The notes beneath the pieces are model-generated. The model saw nothing but the letters and a program-made list of their open reading frames with translations, had not been told where the DNA came from and ran no database searches. This document shows, one piece after another, positions 21,301 through 30,520 of a stretch of 46,777 bases of DNA (the first letter of the stretch is position 1; every line of letters begins with the position of its first letter). Origin of the DNA: a candidate division FCPU426 bacterium (GTDB lineage: Bacteria; Oederibacteriota; JAJYGY01; DAIDJD01); the NCBI GenBank assembly GCA_031365225.1, contig JANLXT010000059.1, forward strand, positions 1 to 46,777, read 5' to 3'. A program made the translations under genes and the position numbers.

Positions 21301-22403
21301 TGTCGCAGGGTTCGCTGTGGGTTGTGGATCAGCAAAATGCGCATGTGCGGCGCTTTGACCGACTTTCGTTGAATCCAACAGGGGTCTTTAGCCAAAATCT
21401 AGTCGCGCCCGAAGCGTTGGCGTGGGATGCGCTGCATCAATGGATCTGGATCGCTGATCCTGGTGCGCATCGCGTTGTGGCAATGGACCTAGATGGTAGT
21501 TTAGTGCGAACGATTAGCCAGCGTGGTAGCGAACCTCTGATTTTGCCTAGTGGAGTGGCAGTGGATACCAATGGGTTGGTTTATGTGGTTGATCGCCAGG
21601 CCGCGACCTTGTCCTGCTATCACGCGGACGGCTCTTATTATTGGTCGCGTGGCGCTCTCGGTTATGAAGCCAATCGCTTTGCCAGCCCGTCACGAGTCGC
21701 TGTGGGCAAGAACGGTATGGTGCATGTCAGTGACCCAGGTAATCAGCGTGTGGCTAGCTGGGATAAAAATGGCTATCCCATCCGTCAGTTGCCGCGTCTA
21801 TCAGCGATGGCTTTCAATGTGGACACGCCAGTCGGCTTGGCGGTTGATGCCAAAGAACGCCTTTGGTTTGTCGACGCGGCTAAGGGCCGGTTGGTCTGCA
21901 ATGATGCTAACGGCCAGCTTTTAGGCGTTGGTGTTGAGCACGCATTCACTGAGCCTGCAGGTATTTTTGTTGAAGAGGATGGCACAACGTGGGTCGCGGA
22001 TCGCGGCAAGGGCGAGGTGGTTGGCTTTAGGGATGGCCAAGCACCCACCAATCCCTCGGCTGGTGACGTGGTAGCTTCGTCACGGCGAGATTCAAAAGAG
22101 TTGACACCAGCCAAGCATTGGTTGCCACAGGAAGTAAAATTCTTGGTCGCTCCTAACCCTGCCAAACGCGATGTGGTGATCGGGATTCGATTGGCGCAAA
22201 GCGCCAAGGTCACAGTGTTCGTCTCAAATATCGCAGGCGAGACCCCCTATTCCATCGATCTGGGCACTTTGCCAGCGGGGGAGAGCGTGGTCCAAGCACT
22301 CTTGCCCAATCTTGCGTCAGGAATTTATCTGCTGTCTGCCCAAGTTGAGGGCCCCTATGGTCCCAAGATCTTGGCGACTCAAAAAGTGGCGGTGCTGCGA
22401 TGA
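18363..22403 (+). CDS. Large secreted protein: PQQ-like beta-propeller, Thr/Pro linker, DUF2341-like, NHL repeats, T9SS-CTD-like tail
   Basis: AHA/IDWPFF..RSG after a signal peptide; SSP and YAL..G..W repeats; DGSDIRIVD; P.GVAVD..G.VYV.D repeats; APNP..LASGIY..KVAVLR; true start probably downstream of 18363. Confidence 0.85.
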   Translation: MPSQICHGDSVKLISKTHLWHQTIRSIATLVRDAVCPIINTSKCFLLGIFLLSSSAHAIDWPFFKADAARSGTTTDTVLGPGLELKWMGKAGDAGIVSYSSPIVAGDQAFISHSNGLVTAFDLSPNFAVQSDGSALPTFYAPTKSAAKAWQFRTNGSVYSSPAFAVSNFVRRVFVGTTSGTVYALKANAVDPQGEQLWRADLGGAFFASPIVADVTGVGPTLFVAAVTGDVYALNAIDGSVRWKIAMPGQVLASPVFDTPKQRLYLVDMRGNIRAFVASTGGVLWNRGSQNSFHATPALQGDVLYVVGRNGIVRSIDASALIYPAERNIFSTLTLPTGIVSSPAITSYLGKPRLLVLTHDGTLRAIDANVGGGGLTAAWTLAPKIVDAGGTASVSIAGTRAYVGTQDGTLRMIDVADGAVRFEQKLAGGAEIAPAVAQSSLLVASNDGALRAYGMPISSIRVSGQSTVAAGLSNSYVFEALDAAGNVVPTAAGPASVTTSLLPGQNQLQVVSTGPLNAGRGTMTLVRSPGNYLVKVSVVVAGKTYIGALTVLFVGASPTPTPSPSITPSDTLTPTATATATESVTPTLTQTSTFTTTETVSATYTSTPTATSTSVPTPGTDNGFTYYWFIKVQNRTGLTYDNTTVQLSDGTGFVDLASRIADNKIESDGSDIRIVDDQGVQVPFDLVNDPNHTNAILRFKVSHLDPSQEKIYRMDFGKPGVGFPAGYGTTAYLEQVYGIADSFEGTAIEGAKWTVNSGAPVVGGGQLSVDLPFDIQTLATLDTSYGGRYEFTGNGGNSEPYLGGQFNWQMLQDSSHYVRGYRNRLSGIGFEVSNLVNQMLPAQPPTPFGGIVKWAVISNGGRYGVTKDDGANDFYWGVFVNRPNPLVIGQTKFSAFGTLDAGVSATAIFQKIVAYAVRDNGPTATLLGDHPVIFDGPVTNDPVPETHWNQASHEEKLPLVQVPTNQVVLKGFPRPSDLLVSQGSLWVVDQQNAHVRRFDRLSLNPTGVFSQNLVAPEALAWDALHQWIWIADPGAHRVVAMDLDGSLVRTISQRGSEPLILPSGVAVDTNGLVYVVDRQAATLSCYHADGSYYWSRGALGYEANRFASPSRVAVGKNGMVHVSDPGNQRVASWDKNGYPIRQLPRLSAMAFNVDTPVGLAVDAKERLWFVDAAKGRLVCNDANGQLLGVGVEHAFTEPAGIFVEEDGTTWVADRGKGEVVGFRDGQAPTNPSAGDVVASSRRDSKELTPAKHWLPQEVKFLVAPNPAKRDVVIGIRLAQSAKVTVFVSNIAGETPYSIDLGTLPAGESVVQALLPNLASGIYLLSAQVEGPYGPKILATQKVAVLR
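20031..20222 (+). repeat. Low-complexity Thr/Pro/Ser linker-coding region
   Basis: Translates SPTPTPSPSITPSDTLTPTATATATES...TPGT. Confidence 0.8.
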
Positions 22404-23167
22404 GGTTGAAACGCTTTTACTTCCTCACTGTGGTGTTTGCTTGCGCACCAAGATTAGTTTGGGCAGGCGCACCTATACCCTCTGACACAAGCGGTCCAGT
22501 TTTGCAATGGCGAGTGGGCCAGGCGGTAAACTACCGAATGACAATTAAGGCACCCGGATTTGAAGATCAAGTTCGCAATACCAGATACGCTATTGTAAAA
22601 AAAGAAGATTCAGGCCAATTTTGGTTTGAAGTCAGTCAAACTAATCTCGCCGGGTCAAATATTCTGACAATTTCACGACTTGTCACGCCCACGACTGAAA
22701 CGACACTTCTAGGATCATTGATTTTCGATGGGATAGAATCTTTTGCAGCAAGTCGTGTTTTACAAAAAATTGGGAATCAAAACCCGGCGGAGCTTGCCCC
22801 TGAAATGTTTCCGCAAGGGAAAACAGCTAGCGGGATCAATGGCCTATACCAATCATTTGCAACTACCGGCAACGGATTGGTCACGACGGCAGCAGGGGCT
22901 TTTCAAGTGGTGACAATGACGGCGACATTTCATCAAAGTGCACAACCAAGTCAGCCCCCACGGAACCCTAACGCCATCGTATTAGTTCTAAGTCAGGGCG
23001 TGCCTGTTCGAGGTATTGTTCGTTACAGCTTTCCGCTCCCGCCTGATTTTTCTAGCAACGTCACAAGAACTGTCATGGTAGAAATAGATTCTATTGAGTA
23101 TTCGGCCAGTACGCGTATTTCTGGTACGCCTAGTCGCCTTCTTCCTTTTACAACACCGTCACGATGA
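22400..23167 (+). CDS. Hypothetical exported protein
   Basis: ATGA overlap with the upstream gene; signal peptide; beta-rich; V.TAAGAF motif. Confidence 0.7.
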   Translation: MRLKRFYFLTVVFACAPRLVWAGAPIPSDTSGPVLQWRVGQAVNYRMTIKAPGFEDQVRNTRYAIVKKEDSGQFWFEVSQTNLAGSNILTISRLVTPTTETTLLGSLIFDGIESFAASRVLQKIGNQNPAELAPEMFPQGKTASGINGLYQSFATTGNGLVTTAAGAFQVVTMTATFHQSAQPSQPPRNPNAIVLVLSQGVPVRGIVRYSFPLPPDFSSNVTRTVMVEIDSIEYSASTRISGTPSRLLPFTTPSR

Positions 23168-23228
23168 AGTTGCTGTACGTATTAGAATGTGTCGCGCTAT
23201 CTACGATGGCAAATCAAATGGTGCATCG

Positions 23229-26200
23229 ATGATTTTTTTAAAATTTTGCAAGAACATTCAAATTTTGAGAGAAACGAGCTATCTCGAATCCAGACTTCTG
23301 TCTTTTCTTTTATTTCTTTCACTAAACGTGCAACTTGGTCACGCACTTGCAGCTTCAGACCCATGCCCAAATGGTTGCGGTGGCGTCATTATAAGCGGTG
23401 GTGGTGGGGGTAGCGGGGGACCCACGGGTCAGCCAGCTAAGCCGGGACCGACACCCAAAACGAAAACCGATCCTCGGCTAGCGCCCTCAAAGCAACCGTG
23501 TTCTGGAGATCCAGTATCAACTGCGGACGGTACTAACTATTTCTCGGTTTCAGATTTTGACTACGCACGCGTGGCTCCGAGTTTCCCTTTGCGCTTTAGG
23601 CGTTTCTACCAAAATGGATTTTCAAGTGTTGCGGGAGAGCTTGGCGAAGGTTGGACTCATGATTATTCGACTGCATTCATTTTTGATGAAGAAAAAAATG
23701 AATATATTATGTTAGGCTCAGAAACTGGTGGTAAATTTTATGTTGATTTGACAAGCGCAGACCCCAGTTATTTGAAAGCACAGGAGGGACTATTCGCTTC
23801 GGCACGCCTTTTGCCTGCTGGAGAGATTGTAAATGGACAATGTCGTACGAACTCAAGCCCGCCAAGTTTATATACATGCAATTATGGAGAAGACTTCGTC
23901 CGAAACCTACTCTCGACACTTAACTATAACTTACCCGCCGAAATAGCTGGTTTGCTAGAAAGAGAATCCTATTACGGCGGATTGATATATACCGACAAAT
24001 TTGGAAAGGTGACATATTTTATTGCGTTAGCTCCAGGAGCGCCAAACGTCTTTGTGCCAGTATTGGAGGTCGATCGGTGGGGCAATCGCTTAAGCTATGA
24101 ATATGAATCGTACATAAGGCATCCTGGTTTTAGCTCATATTCAACCGCTTGCAATGGGGAATTTTGTGTTCCCCATATTGGTGGGAGCAATGCAATATTC
24201 GATTTACGCTTGCAACAAGTGAGTTCCTTTCCCAAGGGCAGAGATGTTGCCGATTGGCAGATTCAGTTTGAATACAAAGTGTCAAACTCGGTTCGGGATG
24301 ATCGCTATGGCTACAAGATTACGGCTGTTACAAATAGCCTTGGCGAGCGAATAGGGTTTAGTTATCTTTATAGTGAACAATTGAGTCAATATGGCCCTGA
24401 AATAATATTTGATAGTCGACCTATTATTTCTGCAATCAGGTCGGATGGCACATCAGCTAGCTACAGCTACTTTAGCCAAGATGAGCCTCTATTAGTCGCA
24501 AAAAAAGACTCGAAGGCAGAGCCGAGCGGAAGGAATTTTTCCTATGCCGTTGAGTCTTTTAGTGGAGTGGCACGGGGCACAACAAACGTAATAGATGGAA
24601 ACGGAAATTTGACAACTGAGATTGGTTTGCCATGGTCAAGTATCATTTCGAAATCTTACCCCTATGACGTTGTTACAAAAGACCATCTCGGACGCACGAC
24701 GCGCATTGATACCTATGGTTTGCAAAACCAATTACCCTATTCTGGTAACATAATTCCCATAGATGCCCCTCTTTGCCTTTCGAGCCACATTTTTTTGACA
24801 TCGGCAAATTCGTTTATCAGACGCTATGGTTATAACCAAGATGGGCTTTTGGTTGAGGAGCTCAACGATTACACCGGAATCGCCTTGCTGATGTCCTATG
24901 ACGCAAAAGGCAACTTGATCGCCCGTCAAAATACGTTCAATCAAGGTGTTGGCATCCCCGCGGAGTCTTGGACCTACGACCCGTTGAGTCGGCCATTGAG
25001 CTACGTCGATAAAAATGGTCGAACAACCTCCTATGTCTATGGGGATGGACTTAATCTTACCGAGATAAATCGCCCCCTGGGGTGGAAGAACACTTTTTTA
25101 TATGACCCCTTTGGCAAACTCATCGAGTCGATAGACGCCAATGGGCATAGAACAAAGGTTAGCTATGACGCGGCTGGCCATCTTCAGCGTTCTCAAGGTC
25201 CCGATCTTTCTATCCCGGCGACCCAGTATATCTTTGACCCCAAGGGTCGGCTCGAGTCTCAGACAGATGCTTTGGGCGCAACTATTCGTAATACTTGGAC
25301 AATCGACGGGCTCTTGGCGAGCGCCACGCTGGCAGACGGCAGTAGTGTCGTTTTTACTTACGACGCTATGCGTAATTTGATTAATAGCAAGGATGCGAAC
25401 GGGACTATCACACAGAATTTTTATGATAATTCAAATAACCTTATTCAAGTAGATTCTGCCAGCAACCGCCCGGACGCAATCAGCCAGCACTTTGAATATG
25501 ACCCTCAGAGGAACTGTACAGCTGTCATTGATGGTGCTGGCAAGAGGACAAGTTTCACCTTCAACTTGCAGGGCCTGCTTGCGAGTAGCAGTGATCCCTT
25601 GGGTAAGGGGGGAGACCTTCGTTACGATTCCAACTTAAAGCCCATCAGAAAAACGGATACCCGCGGCGTAGTCAGGACGTACACCTATTTCGGAAACGGC
25701 CGATTGAAGAAAATTAGTTTCTCGGGGGCCCCACTATCCAATCCGGCACAGCCTGTCGAGTTTACCTATGACGGAAACGGCAATCGCATTTCCATGACGG
25801 ATGGAATGGGAACGAAAACATATTCCCGCGATCTGCTTGATAGGCTGACGCACATTCACGATGCCGCGAGAAATTTTGATATTAACTACACGTTTGACTT
25901 GGTCGGCAATCGTACTGCGATGAACTATGTGATCCAAGGAAGCCTCATCGATAGCTTTGCCTACAATTTTGACGTGAGTGATCGCATGATTACAGTCACC
26001 GAGACGCGGACCGGCATGCCCTCTGAGGTTTCCGATTTCACCTATAACGCCATCAATCAAATTAGCAAGGTGCGCTATCCTAACGGAGTAGCTGAAGCTC
26101 GATATACGTATCACCCGGACAACCATCGCCTGATTGGGCAAACCAACGTCAATGAACGTGGAAGCGCACTCTCGCAATTTGACTATAGCTATGATTCTGC

Positions 26201-27497
26201 AGGGAATATCAAGACTGCCAAAGACCTTGCGGGTTTGAATATCTATAGCCTTGATTCAAAAAATCAACTTTTGGACTCCGCAACCTCAGCTGCGACAAAT
26301 AACCAAAGTTTCACCTACGATGAAGCCGGCAACCGCGTATCGTTGATCGAGTCATCGGGCAATACCTCTTACACCATCAACCAAGGCAACGAGGCTGTTG
26401 CGGTGGGTGGGCAAACAGTCACTTATGATCGGGCTGGGAATATGTTCTCGAAGAGCGGAGGGGCTGGAAGTCAGTATGGATGGGATAGCCTAAATCGTTT
26501 AGTGAAAGTAGAGAGCATCATCCCTATCCAGACCATTGCCACGTTCCAGTACGATGGCGATGGGATCCGGAGCAAAAAAGTCAATGGCGCAGGAAGTGCG
26601 ACAAATTATTTCTTCGATGGATTGCAGGTTTTGGCGGAGACAGATGCGAGCGGGATAATCAAAAAGACCTACAATCCTGGCATCTCGACCACGGATGATA
26701 AAGGCAACAAGTTTTACACGCTCGTCAACGGGCATGGGGATGTTGCGAACCTGATCGACCGTGACGGCAATATCGTGGATACCTATAGCTACGATGCCTT
26801 TGGTAAGACTATCGGGGTGGCGAAAAATTCAAACGGATTTAGATATGTGGGGCAATACGGGGTGCACAGTGACGACGACCTAGGCTTACAGTACATGTGG
26901 AATCGTTGGTATGACTCTGAGTTAGGGAGATTTATCAGCCGTGACCCTATCGGAATGGCTGGGGGATTGAACCTTTACGTATACACAGGAAATAATCCCG
27001 TGACTTATGTGGATTCGCTAGGATTGTGTGCCGATCCCAATGGTCCCGATCCTGGGTTTAACGGTCATAGTCATTGGGAGGGCTTGTTAATCGTTAGTGA
27101 CTCAAATAGCTCCGGAGACTCGGGTGGAGGCAGTGTCTTAGGCATTATTAGCTCGATTGTATCTTCGCCAGGAAATCCAAATGTACGACTTGGAATGATA
27201 CCATTTGGATTCGGGAGCCTTGGTGGCGTGGGTTTTTTTAGATCCTCAATACCTAAGTTGCCATTTAATAATAAAGTATTTGGGCAACTAATGAAGTGGG
27301 GTTCGAATAGTGCGACAGCAAGGGCTCAAATAGGAAATCTCTCTGCGGAAGTTTTGAGAAAAGCCGGGATGACTAGTAATATGGCAGAGGAATGGGCTGC
27401 ATTTTACAGAAACGAGTCACTTTTGGTACCGAGAAATCCTTCTGCGGCAGGTCGTGCAGAGTTACTGGAGGACGTAGCAAAAATGCTGCGCCAATAA
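23229..27497 (+). CDS. RHS/YD-repeat polymorphic toxin with DUF6531-like N-domain
   Basis: GDPV..ADG..RRFY..LGEGWTHDY (DUF6531-like), many YD repeats, core RWYDSELGRFISRDPIG..NLYVYTGNNPVTYVDSLGL, then a variable C-terminus; start taken as the ATG at 23229. Confidence 0.92.
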   Translation: MIFLKFCKNIQILRETSYLESRLLSFLLFLSLNVQLGHALAASDPCPNGCGGVIISGGGGGSGGPTGQPAKPGPTPKTKTDPRLAPSKQPCSGDPVSTADGTNYFSVSDFDYARVAPSFPLRFRRFYQNGFSSVAGELGEGWTHDYSTAFIFDEEKNEYIMLGSETGGKFYVDLTSADPSYLKAQEGLFASARLLPAGEIVNGQCRTNSSPPSLYTCNYGEDFVRNLLSTLNYNLPAEIAGLLERESYYGGLIYTDKFGKVTYFIALAPGAPNVFVPVLEVDRWGNRLSYEYESYIRHPGFSSYSTACNGEFCVPHIGGSNAIFDLRLQQVSSFPKGRDVADWQIQFEYKVSNSVRDDRYGYKITAVTNSLGERIGFSYLYSEQLSQYGPEIIFDSRPIISAIRSDGTSASYSYFSQDEPLLVAKKDSKAEPSGRNFSYAVESFSGVARGTTNVIDGNGNLTTEIGLPWSSIISKSYPYDVVTKDHLGRTTRIDTYGLQNQLPYSGNIIPIDAPLCLSSHIFLTSANSFIRRYGYNQDGLLVEELNDYTGIALLMSYDAKGNLIARQNTFNQGVGIPAESWTYDPLSRPLSYVDKNGRTTSYVYGDGLNLTEINRPLGWKNTFLYDPFGKLIESIDANGHRTKVSYDAAGHLQRSQGPDLSIPATQYIFDPKGRLESQTDALGATIRNTWTIDGLLASATLADGSSVVFTYDAMRNLINSKDANGTITQNFYDNSNNLIQVDSASNRPDAISQHFEYDPQRNCTAVIDGAGKRTSFTFNLQGLLASSSDPLGKGGDLRYDSNLKPIRKTDTRGVVRTYTYFGNGRLKKISFSGAPLSNPAQPVEFTYDGNGNRISMTDGMGTKTYSRDLLDRLTHIHDAARNFDINYTFDLVGNRTAMNYVIQGSLIDSFAYNFDVSDRMITVTETRTGMPSEVSDFTYNAINQISKVRYPNGVAEARYTYHPDNHRLIGQTNVNERGSALSQFDYSYDSAGNIKTAKDLAGLNIYSLDSKNQLLDSATSAATNNQSFTYDEAGNRVSLIESSGNTSYTINQGNEAVAVGGQTVTYDRAGNMFSKSGGAGSQYGWDSLNRLVKVESIIPIQTIATFQYDGDGIRSKKVNGAGSATNYFFDGLQVLAETDASGIIKKTYNPGISTTDDKGNKFYTLVNGHGDVANLIDRDGNIVDTYSYDAFGKTIGVAKNSNGFRYVGQYGVHSDDDLGLQYMWNRWYDSELGRFISRDPIGMAGGLNLYVYTGNNPVTYVDSLGLCADPNGPDPGFNGHSHWEGLLIVSDSNSSGDSGGGSVLGIISSIVSSPGNPNVRLGMIPFGFGSLGGVGFFRSSIPKLPFNNKVFGQLMKWGSNSATARAQIGNLSAEVLRKAGMTSNMAEEWAAFYRNESLLVPRNPSAAGRAELLEDVAKMLRQ

Positions 27498-27498
27498 A

Positions 27499-27729
27499 AT
27501 GAAAAACAGTCGCATAGACATTCAAAATTGCGGAACCAGCGAATTGATTTTGTTCATTGAGCCATGGGGAATAGATTACGCAGTGAAGCCAAAGGAATCA
27601 ATTGAAATTCTTTTTATTGGAGCAGAAGAGGGTACCGTGATGGTTGAGCATTTTCCTTCGAGAATAGTAGTATATGGATGGGCAGAAACTAACCTTGAAG
27701 TTCGACAAAATGGGGTACTTCTAAATTGA
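27499..27729 (+). CDS. Putative immunity protein of the RHS toxin
   Basis: 76-aa ORF starting 1 nt after the toxin stop; EPWG motif. Confidence 0.7.
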   Translation: MKNSRIDIQNCGTSELILFIEPWGIDYAVKPKESIEILFIGAEEGTVMVEHFPSRIVVYGWAETNLEVRQNGVLLN

Positions 27730-27820
27730 CCACTTTTGCAACGGATGTAAATCGCCAGCAACCCTTGGAGACTTCACCCATTTTTGATAGTCACGGGTGA
27801 GGCTTTTTCGGACGGCCGTA

Positions 27821-29193
27821 GGTTATGCAACATTTTTTGGTGTAAATTCCACCAGGGCGTAGAGCTGGCAAGTGCGGCCTAGAGGGCCGCGCTCATGTGT
27901 TTGGCGCCGTGAATGCGTTTGGTTTCCCAACGGCGCTGATGTTCGATGGAGATGGACCAGACTAGCTTCCAGACCTCTCCCTCAGCTTGCATGGCACCAG
28001 CGGGCCTCAGCCGCCGGCGCAGTTCGCGGTTAAATCGTTCGATTAAGTTGCTCGATCGTAGAGTGCTCCAGATGGCCTTGTCTTCGTTCATAAAGGTCAA
28101 GAAGCGCTCAGGATCGGCGCAGGTTAGCTCGACAGCCTTGGGATAGAACCTCTTCCAGCGACTTTGTAGCTGACCAAGAGCGATGTACGCCGACTCACGA
28201 TTCGGTGCCCAGAATATCTTTTTAAAATCCGCCATAAATTCTTTTTGGTCTTTGCCGGCAATTCGAACTCGAACGTTGTGCATCTTGTGAACAATACAAA
28301 GTTGGTGAGGCACGGCCAGCAGCTTCGAAACTGCAGCTCCGATGGCTTTGTGGTCGTCTGAGATGGCGAGCTTGATCTTTGAGGTGTCGAGTCCACGCGC
28401 TTTTAATTCTTTGATGAACGCCGACCACGAATCCTCAGACTCTCGATCACCGAGCAAAAAACCCAAGACGTGGCGTTTGCCATCAGGCGTGATGCCAATC
28501 GCCGCCAATATGGCCTGTTTGGCAGTGAACTTAGAGACCCGAACAGGTAAGTAGAGGGCATCTAAGAACAGATAGGCGATCTCGTCGGTGATAGGTCTGC
28601 CAAGCCAAGCCAGCGCTTCGGGAATGAGCTTGTTCGTGAGCACAGAGACGTCAGCGGATCGAAGCTTGGTACCAAAGGCAGAGTTGAGCTCTTGAGCCAC
28701 CGCTCTTGTGGATGTACCGCGTAGCCAGAAACGTGTCGCAAGAATACCAGCTAGATTCTTGCCAGTGCGCTTCAAGCTCTCTAAAAAGGGTGACGGTGGG
28801 TTTGCTCCGCGTAGCACTGGACGACGGAGCGTGACCGAGCTAAAGATGCCTTTAAGCCTAAAGGGCTTGTAGCCATTGCGGGACAGGGACGCGGTATCGC
28901 TGCGTTCGTGAAAATCCCGTCCCAACAGGTCAGTCTGCTCCGATAAAAGACTCCGATTTAAAGAGTCTGCCAAGGCCGCATGCATCTCAGATTCGACCAG
29001 GGCCATGACTAGACCAGGATCAAGCTCTTGTTGGATCTTGGCACGGATAAATTTACGAGTTTGCTGAGCCAGGTTTTGTGATACGCTTTTCATGGGCGTA
29101 GATCTCCGTAAAAGGGGACTGGGGTTGTGGTAAACACCAGACTACGCCCTTTTCTATTTAAACGGAACTTACACCTAGTTTTGTAGCACAACC
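27821..29193 (-). mobile_element. IS256-family insertion sequence
   Basis: Imperfect 30-bp terminal IRs (GGTTATGCAACATTTTTTGGTGTAAATTCC vs reverse complement of 29164-29193, 22/30 matches) around a transposase; no target duplication seen. Confidence 0.85.
27879..29093 (-). CDS. IS256 (mutator-type) DDE transposase
   Basis: YLFLDA, ISDD, QLCIVH, SNLIERFNRELRRR motifs. Confidence 0.92.
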   Translation of the reverse strand: MKSVSQNLAQQTRKFIRAKIQQELDPGLVMALVESEMHAALADSLNRSLLSEQTDLLGRDFHERSDTASLSRNGYKPFRLKGIFSSVTLRRPVLRGANPPSPFLESLKRTGKNLAGILATRFWLRGTSTRAVAQELNSAFGTKLRSADVSVLTNKLIPEALAWLGRPITDEIAYLFLDALYLPVRVSKFTAKQAILAAIGITPDGKRHVLGFLLGDRESEDSWSAFIKELKARGLDTSKIKLAISDDHKAIGAAVSKLLAVPHQLCIVHKMHNVRVRIAGKDQKEFMADFKKIFWAPNRESAYIALGQLQSRWKRFYPKAVELTCADPERFLTFMNEDKAIWSTLRSSNLIERFNRELRRRLRPAGAMQAEGEVWKLVWSISIEHQRRWETKRIHGAKHMSAAL

Positions 29194-29952
29194 TTGCAAG
29201 GCAAGATGGTCACGTTGGTGTTTGAGGGATTGATCCCAGTAGGGAAGGGTTATCTGGAACGAATCGGTTTTTTTGATGCCGACAAGCTGCATCCTTCCAT
29301 TGAGGTCTTACCCTATCGGTTTCGAGGGATGTCTTCGGCTATTCTTCATGACGGTCAGAGCGACAACCTGGTCGAGATACAACCTATCCGACTGGCTGAT
29401 TCCGACTGTATTGAATTTCAACCCATACCGAGTCGAATCGGTGATCGCGTACAAAAGGCCTATGATGGGCATGAACAGCAGGGGAGCGTGACTAGTTCGT
29501 GTTTCACATTGGTCGCGGAGCTTGGACAAAACATCATCCATCACAGTAATTCTGTGACGGATGGGTATGCCTCGTATCAACGGTTCCCAGCAAAAAATAC
29601 ATTTAAAGTTGCCGTCTCCGACTGCGGGGATGGAATCCTCGCCACGATCCGCCCGGCACTGGTTGAACAACGGCACAAGGATTTGTCGGACAGCAAACTG
29701 CTTCTCGAGATGCTCAATAGCGGGAAGCTGTCCCGTCTTAATGACGGTGGAGGCTCCGGACTATATTCATGTGCTAAAAATGCCTTGGCTTTTAAGGCGC
29801 AGATGTGGCTCCGGCTTCCGACCTGCAGTGCTTTCCTTCGGCCGGTCGGCCGAGCTGGCCAGCAATATGGCTTGGTCGACTTCGATGAAGGGGTCCCCTT
29901 TTTCCCGGGCACCCATGTTTCCTTCAGATACATCTTGACGCCGGCGACTTAA
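29194..29952 (+). pseudogene. Anti-sigma-type (GHKL/HATPase) kinase, probably 5'-truncated by IS256
   Basis: Frame is open from the IS end; N-box ELGQNIIHHS, G1 DCGDGI, G2 GGSGL; partial STAS-like N-part (GYLERIGFFD); could still be translated from the ATG at 29206. Confidence 0.7.
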
Positions 29953-29971
29953 TCTGCTTTACTTCATATCA

Positions 29972-30520
29972 ATGAAGCAGACGCCTACGATACAATTAAG
30001 ATCCTGCATGGACTCTGAGGTAGGGCTTAGCCGTCCAATGGGGGCCAAGTGTTACAAGCGCCTCAAGGCTGAAGTAGAGGCCAGAGGGGACGAAGACCTG
30101 TTCCGTGTATCGTTGCAAGGCGTGAAACAGACAGATACGTCCTTTCCAAAGCATGGCTTGCTGGCCTTGGCCAAGGAACTTAGAGGCAAGAAGGCGTTTT
30201 GTTTAGCTGATGCTTTCGATCAGGAGTTTCTAGAAAACTGGGGAGACGCGGCTGATGTAGCAGAGTTCCCCTTGATCGCCTGGGGTGCAAAGAGCTACAA
30301 GCTCCTAGGGCCAAAACCGGGTGGTGGTCTTGCTGAAGTGTTCGAGTTCGTGATGGGGCGAGAGGCAACTGGCGCCGCCGACCTAAAGCAAAAGTTCGGG
30401 TTCCAAGTTCCAAATGCGAGCAACAAGCTGAAAAAGCTCTTTGATCAGGGGTACGTGTGGAGACGTGTTCGCGTAGCAGGGTCCGGAGGCATAGAGCATG
30501 ACTACTTGGCCATAAAATGA
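29972..30520 (+). CDS. STAS-like + winged-HTH DNA-binding protein
   Basis: SLQGVKQTDTSF (STAS phospho-Ser-like motif, Ser57); C-terminal ADL..FG..VPNASNKLKKLFDQGYVWR wHTH. Confidence 0.75.
   Translation: MKQTPTIQLRSCMDSEVGLSRPMGAKCYKRLKAEVEARGDEDLFRVSLQGVKQTDTSFPKHGLLALAKELRGKKAFCLADAFDQEFLENWGDAADVAEFPLIAWGAKSYKLLGPKPGGGLAEVFEFVMGREATGAADLKQKFGFQVPNASNKLKKLFDQGYVWRRVRVAGSGGIEHDYLAIK

Noticed and set aside
23094-23228. Longer N-terminal starts from the ORF track (also 5640, 32489, 35202, 39263, 41941, 42586)
   Set aside because: They overlap neighbouring genes or lack an SD; downstream starts fit SD sites or family N-termini better
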